64,000 bases of DNA from Paecilomyces variotii (lineage: Eukaryota), in the NCBI GenBank assembly GCA_004022145.1, contig RCNU01000002.1; one strand, 5' to 3'. The position numbers were made by a program, and so were the translations under genes. The notes beneath the pieces are model-generated. The model made no database searches, was not told where the DNA came from, and saw nothing but the letters and a program-made list of their open reading frames with translations. Positions 37,901 to 51,686 of this stretch are shown in pieces; the first letter of the stretch is position 1, and the number at the start of each line of letters is the position of its first letter.

Positions 37901-38672
37901 AGAGCCGAGGGGTGGTAAGTACAGTAGTGCTACCATCTCCACGAGGTGGCTGAGTTAGTTAGTAGTAGGTAACTAGCTCTGTATACCATATTCGGGTAAG
38001 ATGGGGCTTTGTCCGGAGAAAAGAGATATCGTTGCCTCCACCATGTTCCATACCTAACCAGAAGAAGAAGACCCAGTAAGTATGGATTCAGCTATGACGC
38101 AAAAGACTCACAGAATGAGAAAATGAAGAGAAAGCTAAAAAACGGGGGGGGAGAGGTTTATCATGACATCGAGGTTTCAGATATCAATCGAGTAGGTAAT
38201 TAACTAACTCTAAAGAGTCCTGAAAATAAACGGTTTATCTGCTGTGGATGGGCTGCTTGTCCCGAAACACGGATTTGGCCGAAGCCGCTGATTTGCTACA
38301 TACAGCATGGGTCCGGACACGCTCCGATGTTTGATTACCTTCTTGGGAGACGGGTTGGAGATTTCCTTCTCAACTGCCACAAGGATATCATATGGTTGGT
38401 TTATCTGTTTAAGAACAGAAGAGCATACTTACTAAGTCAGTTCCAACGACAAAGACAACTCTTCACCATCAAAGAAAAAGGGAATACATAGCAAATCCAA
38501 TGTCCCCTTACTCAGTAAACCTGGATTGGGAAGCACATACATGGGATAATGGGCCTAAATGAATCTTTGTTTTTTTTTTTATTTTTTTTATTTTTTATTT
38601 TTATTTTTTTTTTTTTTTTTTTTTTGGTTTTCCCCTGAAAGCTATATAGAATCTTACATGCATCAACCAAAC

Positions 38673-39916
38673 TCACAGCTTCGCCCCCGTGGCCTTCACA
38701 ACAGTCCCATCATCTTTAACATTGAAATCTCTCCCTTTCCTCCACCCCATCCACTCCCGCAACGTCTCCTGTCCTCCCATCCCGACCTCAAGAACATAGC
38801 CTTGCCAACCCCCATCGTCCGACTTGATAGGTATACCAGGAGTATCCGACAAATCGACCGCCAGTCCCTGCTCATGGCCCCTCTGCTGAAGCTCATCTTG
38901 CTCCAACACAGGAGTCGCACAAGCATCCGTCCCATCGAAGATAGCTTCCCATTCACTGCGTGTCTTTTCCTTGAATCGTTTCTCAAATATAGATCGCAGA
39001 GCAGGCCAATTATCCGGATCGTCTCGAGTGGGGATATCCCTCGGATTCAAGTCCAGACCCTTTAGTAGGTCTTTGTAGAATTTAGCCTCCAGAGCCCCCA
39101 CGGCGAAGTATTTGCCTTGATCTTTCGTTTCATATGACGTGTAGAAAGGACAGCCGCCATCGAGCAGGTTTTCTCCGCGCGGTTTATTCCACGCTGGTAG
39201 ATCTCTCGATAGCCGTGGCATCGTCGCGACATATGCAGATCCATCGACCATATTTGCTTCGACGATCTGGCCCTTCCCCGTGCGAGATCGGGAAAGCAGC
39301 GCGAGAAGAATACCCAGGAAACACATGGCGCCGCCACCAGCGAAGTCGCCAAGGAGATTTATCGGCGGGTACGGCGCAGTATTTGCAGGTCCTAGCATGG
39401 AGAGGACTCCAGACACGGCGAGATAGTTGATATCATGACCAGCCATGGTACTGTATTTTCCCGAGCGACGGAATCCCGTCATGCGGGCGACGATCAGTCG
39501 TGGGTTGCGTTTCAGCAGGACTTCCGATGGGGAGAGACCGAGACGTTCCAGAACGCCAGGACGGTACGGGTCAATGAGGACATCAGCGGTGGATATCAAT
39601 GACAGAAGCACTGCTTTTGAATCCGGGTTCTTCAGGTCTAAGATAATAGACTTCTTGTGTCGGGTAAGGAGATCAGCAGCAGGCGGCGGCGCAGATGCTG
39701 ATACGCTGCGGTCGACGCGCAGAACTGAGGCGCCGTAGTCTGCAAGAAGGAGACCAGCGAAGGGACCTGTAGGTCGATTGTAAGCAGCTGCATAGACTAG
39801 CTATATCGAAGCCATTGGCATGTTTACTGAATGCCAACGGAGGTAGACAAACCAGGAGCTAGACCAGCCAACTCCACAACACGAGTACCCGCCAAGGGCG
39901 GCGCTGATGATGCCAT
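38673..39916 (-). CDS. Alpha-methylacyl-CoA racemase / CaiB-BaiF CoA-transferase III, peroxisomal, 2 exons
   Basis: [59 protein letters not shown]-terminal AKL (PTS1). Confidence 0.92.
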
Positions 39917-40617
39917 GGTGAAAGGAAAGCAAAATTAAGACTAGGATATTCAATATTAAGCGGTCTTGCACGTATCAGACCTGCTATGATCACTTCAGCG
40001 CGTTTAATGGATGGTCGTTCATTGGTCGTTGGGAGTGCCAGAGGAATACAGTATGATATTCAGCAGAAGAATGACAGTATGCCAACGTCCTGTTCCGACG
40101 AGACCATTTTCTCCCTTACCCCATAACGCTATGGAGTTAAATACTCATTGATACCCTAGGACCTCGGATGGGAGGTTGCTCTAGACCTTTAACTGTGAAT
40201 TGATTAGCGGGGTCAAACTGGTTTGGGAGCCGAGGTTCAAGTGCGGGCGGTCTGTGCTCGGACAAGTATCTATAAGTACTGTACAAGATGATAATTCTTG
40301 TCGTGGTTTGTTGGAGTTGCAAATTATATGTACAGTACATATTCGGGCACTCTATTCTACATGGTCACTTGAATCTATCGTTTAAGACATCTACATGCAG
40401 TCAAAAGGAGCCAACGCTCCGTAATATCAGAACCCTGAACAATGTCAGGTATGGGTGTTGTTATCCATATGGGTACTCGCAGATAAGCGCATCATGCCAA
40501 CAGACATGAGCGGCAAGACATGAAACAAGTGGCTTCGCAATCAGTCTGCAGCCATTCCGAAAACTCAAAGAAGAATCCGTCGTTCACAGAAGAATGAGAG
40601 GGCAAGGCTCGTTCTGA

Positions 40618-41545
40618 TCAATAGTTGTCATCATACCGGCCCTCTTGCTCTCCCTGGTCATAAGCGTTCTCAATGTTGTCATCAAAACGCTCGACGTCGC
40701 CGACCTTCTCCCCAACCCAGCCAGCGACGTCCTCTGGGGCGTCCTCGACGTCTTGGACGGCGTTGTCGAAGCCGTCTTCTACGTGGTACTTGGCACGGTC
40801 ATAGTCATTCTCGATATCATCAGGAATCTGCTCGACCTCGCCGACCTGATTCACATCAACGGTTAGAACGAGGAAAATTATAATTGGATATGACTCGAAA
40901 AAAAAAAAGTATTCCCTACCTTCTCGCCCGTCCAGCGAGCAGCATCCTCGGGGAAGTCGGCCACATTGTTCTCGATCCGGTCCTTGTCCTCGTCCCAGTC
41001 TTCGTCTAGTTTGTGAATAATCCCATTAGTCACGACCCCGCCAAGCGACCGTGGCAACAGAATTAAGAAACATATTGAACATGGACATGGATTAGGGTCA
41101 TTATAAACGTACGGATCTTCTCGCCTTCGTGCATGAGCAGGGCACCACCGACAGCACCAGCGGCGAGACCAGCAACACCATATGTCAGCGAGTGGTCCTT
41201 CTTGGGAGGTTCCTGCTGGTACGACTCTCCGCGATACTCTCCGCGGTACTCTCCACCATATGACTCTTCTCGGCGGTATTCACCACCACCATATCCTCCC
41301 TGAGATGCAGGGTACTCCCAGGTTCTCTCACCAGTCTGCTCGTTCACAAAGAAATAACGGCCCTCGCGCGCGTCCCAGCGAGCAACCCAGGGCGGATAGA
41401 CCTGCGGGGGCGGCGGAGCCTGTCCATAGGAGCTGTTGCCGTAGGAGCCCTCACCTCCGTAGGAGGGTTCGGCAGTAGAGGAGCTATGGCCTCCTCCAAA
41501 CTTGCTCTCGATAGCGCCCTCGATAAGTTCTCCGAGGAAACCCAT
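40618..41545 (-). CDS. WW-domain protein with acidic repetitive C-terminus, 3 exons
   Basis: PPWVARWDAREGRYFFVNEQTGERTWEYP, a glycine-zipper-like GLAAGAVGGALL segment and downstream exons with PEDAARWTGE/PEDVAGWVGE repeats. Confidence 0.8.
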
Positions 41546-43759
41546 CTTGTTGACAGTATGGTATCTGAAACGCGGTTGGGTTCGAGTAAAAACGTGAAGC
41601 CTAAAGCTAAAATATTATCACTGAACGTAACGTCAAAAAAGGCTCAAGTGTGGCTATGTAACGAGGTGGAGCGGGAAGTGAGAGATCAAGATCCCTTTTA
41701 AATGAGAGAGAGAATGGAAGAAAAGAAAAGAAGCAACGGGGCCAGCTGACTGCAGCCAAAAGAAATGGCCGTTTATCAAGCGCGCCATTCACGATGAAAC
41801 GAGCCAAACCCCGCCATGGAGCAAGCAATTAACTTGCCCCCCTTTCACAGTGAACTAACTAAGTAGTACAATGACACAACCGCGACCCTCTCATAAAACG
41901 AGCTCGAAGCAATCCCTCCCCAGTCTTTCTGTCATCACTTCTTTCTCCTGCTATTCTGACCGAGAATCCAATAATTACTACAGAGAACCAGACAACCAGA
42001 CCTGCAAAACATGAGGGGGCGTTGGAGAGAGATCGACAGGGATCGAACGGTTTGCCTAACAGTTTAGACTGACTAGACAAGATTAGAGTATTATAACCAG
42101 GCAAATCGGATTATGAGGGAATTTTACGGTGATTAACTACTACCTACTCTAGATATCAAATCTCCCTATCTCCTGCTGATCGTTATCTATAATTTCTGGA
42201 AGGGAATAATAATATCCTCTTTAACTGTGTCAATCCTGTCGGCGATCTTCGGTACTTATCCCACGAGCTTTTCGGATCGTCCCGCATGTTTCACCCCTTT
42301 CTGAGGCGCAGTTCTTGGGATTCCGGAGTCTTGGAAAGCTTGTTCGCGCAAGCTAAGCCACCCAGTGAGCCCCGGCGATCTAGTCTAGTCTAGTCTAGAT
42401 TTACACTTAATAGGTAGGTAGGTAGAGAATGACTTGCGCCATTTCTGCTTTGCTTCAATCTCATCCAACGTTCGAGTTTCGGCCGATCGTCTCCCAGAGA
42501 CACGGGCGGGCGCTACTAGTTCTGACTGTTGATCCGACAGTTCATCTTTCCAATTGTGAAACGCGGGCCTGATCGACATGCGTTCTCGTGTTCTTGCTCA
42601 ATCCGAATGTAACTTGACTTTCCCCTTGGGGAGGAGATTCAGAAGAAGAAGAAGAGAGAGAGAGAGGTGCTAGTAGGCCAGAGCCTCACCTGTCTCTGTG
42701 AATTGGGGGCTTTGAGCTTTATGCTATCCTATCTAGTCTAGTGAACGATTCCGATCTCGTCACCTTAGGTGGATAGATATAAACTCTTGTACATGGAACA
42801 TGTGTATTATATGTGTGTGTGGATATGAAATGAGCTCTTCAACGAGAGTCCAGTAGCGATAGATATCTTCACGGCATGTAGGACCGGTTGAATCTGAATG
42901 CCATGGTTCCTCAAGAGTATGGTAATCACCCTGTCCTCCGTCGTCTACTTCCCCGCCTGATAGAGGGGGAGATGTAGAATCAGTATCCGCATGTTGTTCA
43001 CTTCCCCCGTCTGTCGAAGTACGACACGGATCTACGTGCACTACGATCGAGTCGACTGCTGAACAGTATTCTAAAAGCGTCGGAAAAGAGAATTCCATTT
43101 TTTTTGCACAAGCGTCCCCGTCCTGTGGTCCGTCCACGCCATGGTAGTAGCTAGCTAGAATAGGACAGGACAGTGAACCTCGTCGCTATCCCGTCAATAG
43201 CCATGCCGTCGTCATCCAATTCCAATAGCCATCCCCGCCGGCCGGATTAATGCAAGGGTCTTCACACTCAAGGAAAGAGAAAAAGAGCAGAAACAAGATT
43301 CAAAGCACAATAACAGAAGCGAAAGGCACACGCGCGCACGTACAAAGTCATAGAGTAAATCACAAAGCAATGAATGTCTCCAGATGAGTCGTCTTCAGAC
43401 GAGACTCGAGCCCAGCAAACCCGCCCGGGCTCAAGAAGAAAAAGGAGTCTGTCTTCATCTGTCTATGCCTGCAGAGCGTTGAAAGGAAGATCTCATCATC
43501 CCTGAGACGAGGAGGAGACTCCTGCTCCATGATTCGAAAAGAAAAGAGGACCAAGAGAACTGAAGAATGCAAGAAGATAAGAATCAAATGTGCAATAATC
43601 TACACGGCGTCTTCGTAAGACAACAATGGGATATAGTCTGGTGGAAAAGTAGTGAAACAAGGTCGTATGGTATATCACCGGTCGGAGACACGAAAGCAAT
43701 ACCGAGGATCAAAGACAAACGCCGACCGCAGATGCAGGACAAAACCCCAGACAAGATGG

Positions 43760-46700
43760 CTACTGCCCGTTACCCTGAATCATTGCGCGGAAGTCGTCGT
43801 TGCTCTTCGTGGTCTTTTCACCGGATTTCGACTCGGCCGCAGCTGTTGCGGCCTGATCAGCTCCCTCAGGACGTTCGCCCCGTTGTGCGGATGGAAAACC
43901 ACCACGCTTGACACCCAGTCCACCCCGTCGTCCGCCTCGGGCACCGGGCTGTACAGGACGCTTGATAGGAGCTGCCGGCTGTGACATGACGGTCACGTTA
44001 TCTTTCTGCTTGCCGACCTGGATACGGTCCGTCTTTCGCTCAGCTTTCTGTTTCAGCATCTCCGGCACACTGCCGACATGAAGTTTTCTACCTGGCGCAA
44101 TCTCCTTGCCCTCGAGCTCCAGTGAAGCGCGTCCCGCAGCATGCACATCTGCATACTCCACGATTGCGCCCTGATGGTCCGGCCGCAGCACAACCTTTAT
44201 GAGTTTCCCATACGGCTCCGTCATGGAACGGATACGGGCATCATTCACAGTGTCTGGAACGTTCATTAGGCCCAATGTGCGAGCTGCACGGTCGCGCGCT
44301 GTGTGCTCCGCATCGCCCGAGGACAGTTCCATTGCGTTGCCGTTCGGCTCCACTGACGGAGACTTGGACTGGCTCACACGGGATACAATGGTAGCGGACA
44401 CGCGCTTGGCCCCGGTGGGCGTCGACAGCCTCACCTGTAGTGGGCGCGAACGGAACTCTCGCTGATGCATTTCAAGAGCGGCATTTGCCTCTTCCTATTT
44501 GGAGTCAAGATCAGAGTCAGCATGAGAGACAGAACGCCACGGGTCACATAAGAATCGTTACGTTACCTTTGTCGCGAACACAACATAGCCAAATCCTTTA
44601 CTGCCACCGTCGACTTTCCTTGGGATACGTGCCACCTCGACCTTGCCGTACACGGAAAAAAGGTCCTTCAGGTCATCCTCACTTGCATTCCAGTCGAGGT
44701 TCGATACGTGGATCTCGCGTCCTTCGTGCATAGGTCCATGCCGGTCCTGTTTTCGAGATGGGTCTGAGATCCTGGCTACCAGCCGCAGATCCTTCTCAAC
44801 TGTAGTACCGTCTAATTCAGAGGCTCTATGAGCGTCACTCGGTGACTTGAATTGCACGTAGCAAAATCGACGGTGGGTGTTGTACTTCAGCGACGGGAAG
44901 CGCACGTCCACAATCTCTCCGTACTGTAAGAAGTGTTAGTGCAGCACGGCACAGACCGACATAAGAACACATTGTACTCACCTTCTGGAAGAGGTTGCGG
45001 ATGTAGGCTTCGTCGGCTGTCGGAGGGAAGTTAGTGACGAACAAAGTGGCTCCGCTTCCCAGATGGACGTCGATGGTATTTCCGTCAAGAGTCTTCTGAT
45101 CACGAGTCAAGGCGACGGCAGCATCTTCCTTCGAGTCGAACTCGACCATGGCAGATGCCGATTCATCATGACCGGCCAGCACTTTCAGACTATTGATCTT
45201 GCCACACTGGGTCTCGTCAGCAGGTAAATCATCGCATATGGAGTCGGTCTATACTCACGTCACGGAAGAACTGGCGTATTTTCACGTCAGAGACATCTTT
45301 GGGCAAATTCTCGACGAACACGGTTGCATTCTCACGGTCTCTCTTCACGGGTGGCGGCGTGGCCTCCTCTTGAGGCTTGGTAGCTTCCTCAGGACGGGCC
45401 TTTTTGGCAGGCAGGCCATTGAGTTCAACTTCCTCTTCTCGCTTTCTCTTGGCCACAGGAACGCCATCCTCCGCTGGCGGAGCTTGCTCTGCTTGAGCGG
45501 GTTGTTTAGCAGCAGCTTCGAGTGCCTCCTTTTCGCGTCTCTTCGTGATGGCTTTCATCGCCTTCCGGGTTTCCACCACAGCGAGCTGCAGCTCATCCGA
45601 ATCCTCGTAATCTTCGCAATGGGCGATATACGTAGTCATGATCTTCTCCGGCCAATCGAGGTCGGTCCGCTTGATGGCCTGCTTCAGGACGGCCGTTGCG
45701 TAGCTGGGGTTGGGTGTCCTTCTGGCAGCGTCCGCCGTGGCTTCACCTTGGACAAATTTGCTCCAGGAGATCAGCTCCCAACCGTAGTACGTGAGCCAAA
45801 ATTCGTAGCTGCTTCCACGACGTGGAACGAGGCCTTTGAACGTCTCTCGCGCGCTGTCCCAGCTACCACTTTCACTGAGGTACCGGATGTAGATGCGCTC
45901 TAGCCGGAAGAGAGGGTCTCCCTGGTAAGATTTGCCGTATTTCTTCTCGCCTAGCTCTTGGACACTTTCGATGGCCGACCGGATACCCACCTCAGCCACA
46001 TCGAGATCCTCGTCGGTCGAATCCGGAAGGAAAGCACGCCGCCGCAGATAACTGCACCATGTGGTATGCACTTTAAGGACTTCCTCCATGCCTCCGGCAT
46101 CGAGTAGTCCCGTGCTGGTGGCCTTGTGCTTGATATCGGCGATCTTCGTGAACGACTGTCCCTCTCTCTCAGAGCTCAGGAGATACTGAGACCATAACGA
46201 GCCGCTCCACGGACAATGTCTGGTGCCCCGGTCGAGGGTAGAAATTGCTGAGGCTGCAGTCTGTCCGTGGATGGATTCGTCGATCAAGAACGTGACATAG
46301 TCCTCCCAGAGGTTGACGTCGGTGGGGAAACGGAGAACGGCTCGTTGATACACGGCGTTGGCGAGGTCGAAGCTGAAATACCGTTTTCGACGGTTTCGGG
46401 TCACTTCCCATTCGATGTACTGCAAGAACGTAGCCCATTCGAGGGTCTTGTCGCCCGACTCTGCGGCCCGCTGGAGTTTCATCTCCATTTCTTCGCGAGC
46501 TGCGTATTTTGTCTTCGCTTCAGAGGCTCTTGCGACCATGTCGGCCATGACGTCCTCGTAGTTGGAGCTGCCGTAGTAGGTAGAAATGAAGGACGAAAAG
46601 AGCTGGAAGCTTTGGTCCCAGGTAGCGTGAGGAGTCAGTAGACGGACATCGAAGAGGCCCCGTACCTGGTTGATCTTCTCCTGCGTGGGGGAGCGGGAGA

Positions 46701-47823
46701 GATCCTGCAGCATCAGCTCCAGGAAACGGTCCCAAATGAGATGGCTGTCGTTGATCCGCCATCGGGTGGCCTCTGCGCCTCTGTGCCACACTTCTACTAC
46801 TGATTGCCAACTGAAGACTTCGCGGCCCACAAGCCGATCCTCTTCACTCCAGGAGCTCTGACTAGATTCGCCTGAGGCTGAATTGTATAGGTACAGCATC
46901 CATTCTCCATAGATATGCCAGAGCTTGGTGCTGCCGTACTCTTCCTCGACCGATCTCTGGCACAGTTCCATAACCGCAATGCGCTCCTCGACGGTCTGTG
47001 CCAGCATACTTTCGTCTTGGATCCACTCCGCCCAGAGGTCCTCGCCCATAGCGAACAGTTTGTCCATTTCTTCGCGAGCCGTCCTCAAGTCCTTGAGGAG
47101 ATCGTACTTGCGAGGGTCCCCGTGGACATCCGGGTTGGAGGGAGGATACACATGGTCGACAAAACCCTTATGCAACAGCTGAATGAACTGCACATGGGAA
47201 TCGTAGGAATGAGGGTTCTCCTGGACGTGAGCGAAAAGTTGAGTGGCCAGGTGTTGAGCATCAGAATTGAGGGAAGTGTCTGCGTAATTCCTCCTGGCGG
47301 ACTCTCGAGAACCTTCCGACACGGGAAGTTCGAAAGTGCGGGCGGAGGTTGTGTTGTGTGAGACAGGGTTAACGTTAGGATACATGGTGGACGGGGAGAG
47401 CTGGCTCTCATAGGATTCGCTGCGAAGGATCGGAGCATTGGAACGCTGAGGTTGATGATGCTGCATCGACGCTAGATCGGCCAATGTATCCATCCCAGGA
47501 GTCGACGGCTGCCTTGCGGAGGGCAGCTCACCTGCTGGCGGGGTCCCGTTTCCGCCCCCCATGTTGGGACCACTGGGAGGACTTGCTGTCGGGGGTGACG
47601 GCTCTGGCAATCGACCTGGCGCATAGACATGCTGCGCAAGTGGAGACGAGGTCATTCCTCCATGGCGAATGGAGCCTGAACGGTTTCTCCGAATACCCTT
47701 ATGCGGTGACAGCGCCGCGGGCTGAGAAGACGAGGCGGATACCGGGAGCGGTATTGTTGCCGGCGTGGACTGTCCCGACTGGACGGCCGAATCCTGCGGC
47801 GAGAGAAGCGAATTGATATCCAT
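43760..47823 (-). CDS. PRP24: U4/U6 recycling splicing factor Prp24 (SART3-like; HAT repeats plus 4 RRMs), 4 exons
   Basis: HAT-repeat region, RRMs (TVFVENLP, TLFVTNFPP, RRFCYVQF, SKGFGYVVF) and C-terminal Lsm-interaction motif KSNDDFRAM. Confidence 0.93.
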
Positions 47824-49342
47824 ATCTCCGTCACAGGCTGGTCTCCCGACGTGTAGCAGCGACGACGCAGACAGAGACCCTAGGCAGGACGACAGACACT
47901 ACCGGTCAGCTTTCCGGGACAGAATGTGAAGCGAAGAAGGGAGGTCGAGCTAAAGGGAGTCCGTAAGACACCTCATCAACGAGTCCATTCCTGCCTCAGC
48001 CAACCCAGCTCTTGTTCTTTTTTTGCACCGCAGCTCCTGTTGGCAGTAGGGCGGTTCTCTCTGCTCCGCGGGCACGATGGGAGGAAACGACGGCGCAGGA
48101 ATCACGCAGGACCGGTGATACCGTTTGCCAGAGGGGTACGAAGACGCGAGAGGAGGGTAGGAGATGATGTTGTGAGGATTGCAGGGGGGATGAGACGACG
48201 AGGAGGCAGGCGCAAGAGGTTGTTGAGAGCTTTTGCCGGCGTCGGGTGGATTTGCGTCGGGGAACGGGCAACGATGCGGAGAGAGCGCCCTTGCGCGAGA
48301 AAGCCAGCAGGCAGGATGCTCAGGGAGCAAACGAACGGCGTCCCGATAGGGCTGGGCAAGGATGGTGGGAGGATTTGAAGGACGAGGAGAGTAGGAAAGA
48401 TGAAATGTGAGGCCGGTGGATCGTCGAGGTGGAGATGACGGGGTCTTCTCTGGTACGGGGACCAGAGCTCGTGATGAGAGCCGCGCACCGTCCAGTATGC
48501 GCCGTTGACGTGCGCCAGAGAGACGAGACAGGACGGCCGTGCGTTCCTTTCCTTTCCTTTCCTTTTTCCTTTTCTTTCTTTATTTTTTTTTTTGGAGGGA
48601 GGATTTCTAGACTGCAGAGAATTTTTGATTTCTGATTCTGATATTTGTCATAATTTTTAATAAAATTTATTGGATTTTTGCTGGGCTACGCTGCGGCGGA
48701 TCATCTAATTACCACCTGCGCCCGGAGACAGGCCGGGATTTGGGATTGCCGCGACCTCGAAGCTCTTGGGAAGAAGAACCTCTCGTCACGTCTGCAGGCG
48801 CCGGCTTGGGTGAGGCTGCAGCCAAGGAGAGCGCTGGCTGGGGCTGTTTGGAGGCCTCTAATACGCAGCAGGCAGCTAGTTTAATAGCTAAAAGCACTGG
48901 ATGAATCCAATGAATTATTTAACTAGTTAGTAGTAGCATTTACAGTACAGTAGTTACTTGCGTAGTGAGGTCACAGCGAGCAGCTACGGGGAGCATTTGG
49001 CGGCGAGAATGCAGTAGTTAGTTATTAAGATGTAAATTAATAATTATTGGCTATCTAGACCAGTTTGGTTTAATTAATTAATTACCTACCTAAATTCAGT
49101 TCACCATGTATTTTATTGTTATTACTGGGGACTTAACTAGACTGTAAAGAAATTCTGAAGTATGTAAGCAGATGCACCGCCATATGATTACATAAGGTTC
49201 TGTGGCTAGTGACCATATACGGTGCACCAGACCATCCATTCCCGCTGTTTCCGTCCTCAGACCTCCGACACTTTTTCTGCGGCTGCTCAATATCGAGCAC
49301 CTCCGGAGTTCCACCATCGCATTGTGCAGCCCCAGCGTCATT

Positions 49343-50519
49343 ATGGCTTCTCTGGGGGCTGTTCATCCCTACCGGCATCTGGTCCGTTCTGGTAAGTTCG
49401 TGGTTTTCTTCCCCTTTCTGCGTTGATGGAATATGGCATATTACGCGAGACATTATTCATGGAGCAACGCAGATTAACTGATATGATATAGCCCGGACCG
49501 GTGTCCCCGTCGTCCCTCGACGAACCTTGACCTATACCCCCGTCCGACGAGCCCAGGAGGACGAAACCTCGAACCCACCAAACAATGCGGGTTCTGCTCC
49601 TCGCCAGTCCGCGTTGTCCTCGATCAAGAACTTCTTCTTCGGCGGGAAGAAGTCCGATGGACCCAAGGGCAAGATCACGCGCCGTCCCGTAGCCCCCCAG
49701 AAGAGAGAGGGTTCCCTGAGTGCAGACTCCATCTTCGCAGAGGACGAAGCCTCGCCCAAATTGGTCGCCTCCGGACGAACGCCTGCTCGCCGACAACCCA
49801 CCCAGCAGCCGGCAGAGGAGGAAGCCGATGTGGAATTGGAGGCACGGAACCGGTCATTCATGCAGGCCGTTCTCGATCCTCGGCCACAGGCCCGTATCCG
49901 ATGGGAACGCAAGATGGTTGCCCGCACCATTCGCCGTCGGGGCCGTCTCACCAAGACGGAAGAGATCCTGCGGTCAGAGCGAGAGTCGCTTTCCAAGTCG
50001 CACTGGTTCAAGACGTCCGTGAAGAAGTTGACTCCGCTGGCCCGCCAGATTGCCGGAAAGAACATCGATGAGGCCATTCTGCAGATGCGCTTCAGCAAGA
50101 AGAAGGCGGCCAAGGATGTCCTGGAACACCTTAAGCACGCCAAGAACGTTGCCATTGTCAATGCTGGTATGGGGCTAGGCGCTGTCCAGGCTGCGGATGG
50201 AGAAAAGCCCAAGCCCGTCACCGTCACGCTCAAGTCTGGTGAGCGCAAGGTCATTAAGGAGCCGACCGACATCTACGTTTCGCAGGCCTGGGTCAACCGG
50301 GGTCCTTTCGGAGTCGAGTACGACCACCGCGCCAGGGGAAACATCAATCTGATGCGTCCACCGCACACCGGTCTGTCGGTTATTTTGAAGGAAGAAAAGA
50401 CCAGAATTCGGGAGTGGAAGGATCGCGAAGCCAAGGCAGGGCGCCAGCGCAAGTCCCAGCTGTGGACCCAGCTTCCGGATCGAAAGATCACCGCACAGAA
50501 CCAGTACTACAGCTGGTGA
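49343..50519 (+). CDS. MRPL22: Mitochondrial large-subunit ribosomal protein L22, 2 exons
   Basis: KTSVKKLTPLARQIAGKNIDEAILQMRFSKKK, IYVSQAWVNRG, HRARG. Short first exon from ATG 49343; intron 49392-49491. Confidence 0.9.
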
Positions 50520-51686
50520 TGTCTGTTCTCCCTTGCTTGTCCGCTGGAGTACAGCTCTCTCACCGTGATGAAACGGACGTTGTGATGCTGTGCCTGGCTA
50601 AGCTATCTCTCTCCACATTCTCATTCTTCTCAATGTACGACCAGCATATTTGTTCGCGATTTCCTTATCATCTCAGCCATTGAATAGAGGGACGTTCCAC
50701 AAGTCAAGAATATGGGTCAGATTTAGTATACCACCTGATGTTCTCGACTCGTCGCATTGGTTTTGTGGTCCGGCGTCTCAGACCCGAGGGCAGGAGTACT
50801 TTAACGGCATGGATACCTTGTTAGCTCCATCTATGTACATGTACAATATGAATTCATCTCCAGGCCAACTGCAGTAGTTTTGTACCTTTGTATCTTGTAG
50901 GTGACTAGCAGGGGAAAAAGGGAAAGGCTCGATGGTTCCACTTTATATTATTTATTATCATTGCAACCAGAATTATTATTACAGACGAATATTGTACACA
51001 AGTTTCACGCGCGGGCCATGGTATCTGACAAATCGCATCACCAATGGTCTACCTTAGGCGCTTCCTCCTTCAGTCATTATATTAAACATCAGGCCTCCCG
51101 CTCATAGTAATTACTGCTCCTGGTCTGCCATTATTATTATTATTCCAAGCCTGCAAGAACTCAGCCTCGAACGCAGAGAGGAATCGATCGGCTGCATCCA
51201 TGGCTGCCGCGGCTGACGGTCGGGCACCCTTTCGGGTTTAGCGTTGCTGCAGTCGGGAACCCCATCAGGAAAGGCCGAATACGAGATTCTCCGTTGCTGA
51301 TTGGCTCAATTCCACAACGTAGTACTGCGCGATGACTCGAACTAGCGGCCGTCTTGGATATAGACTGTCTGCTCCCCCAGGATCTTTGATAATCTCTAGT
51401 TGCCTGGATTTTTCCTCGTTTACGCCTTACTACGGCCATACGGCTTTTGAGTGATTACATACAAGTCTCTCTGTTTTTGTTGAACCGAATTCCTCCCGTT
51501 CATCTTAGATTGTATTGGAGTTATCTGGCGGCGGCTGCCTGCTACCTGTCTCTTATCCTAAGCTCCGTCTTGGTTTTGGTAACAAGGGACTGAGTGGTTT
51601 CTGACCTACAGATTCAAAGAGAAGTCTACAAGTGCAACAGTTTGAATCGCAATATATTTCCATACCCACTTTGTGATATTCGCAAC

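Noticed and set aside
42760-43137. 125-aa minus ORF
   Set aside because: GTG start and no recognisable motifs; likely intergenic.
49532-50272. Long antisense ORF (246 aa), and similar ones opposite Sfh5, Glc8, Prp24 and Snf1
   Set aside because: Shadow ORFs expected from codon bias in GC-rich coding sequence.
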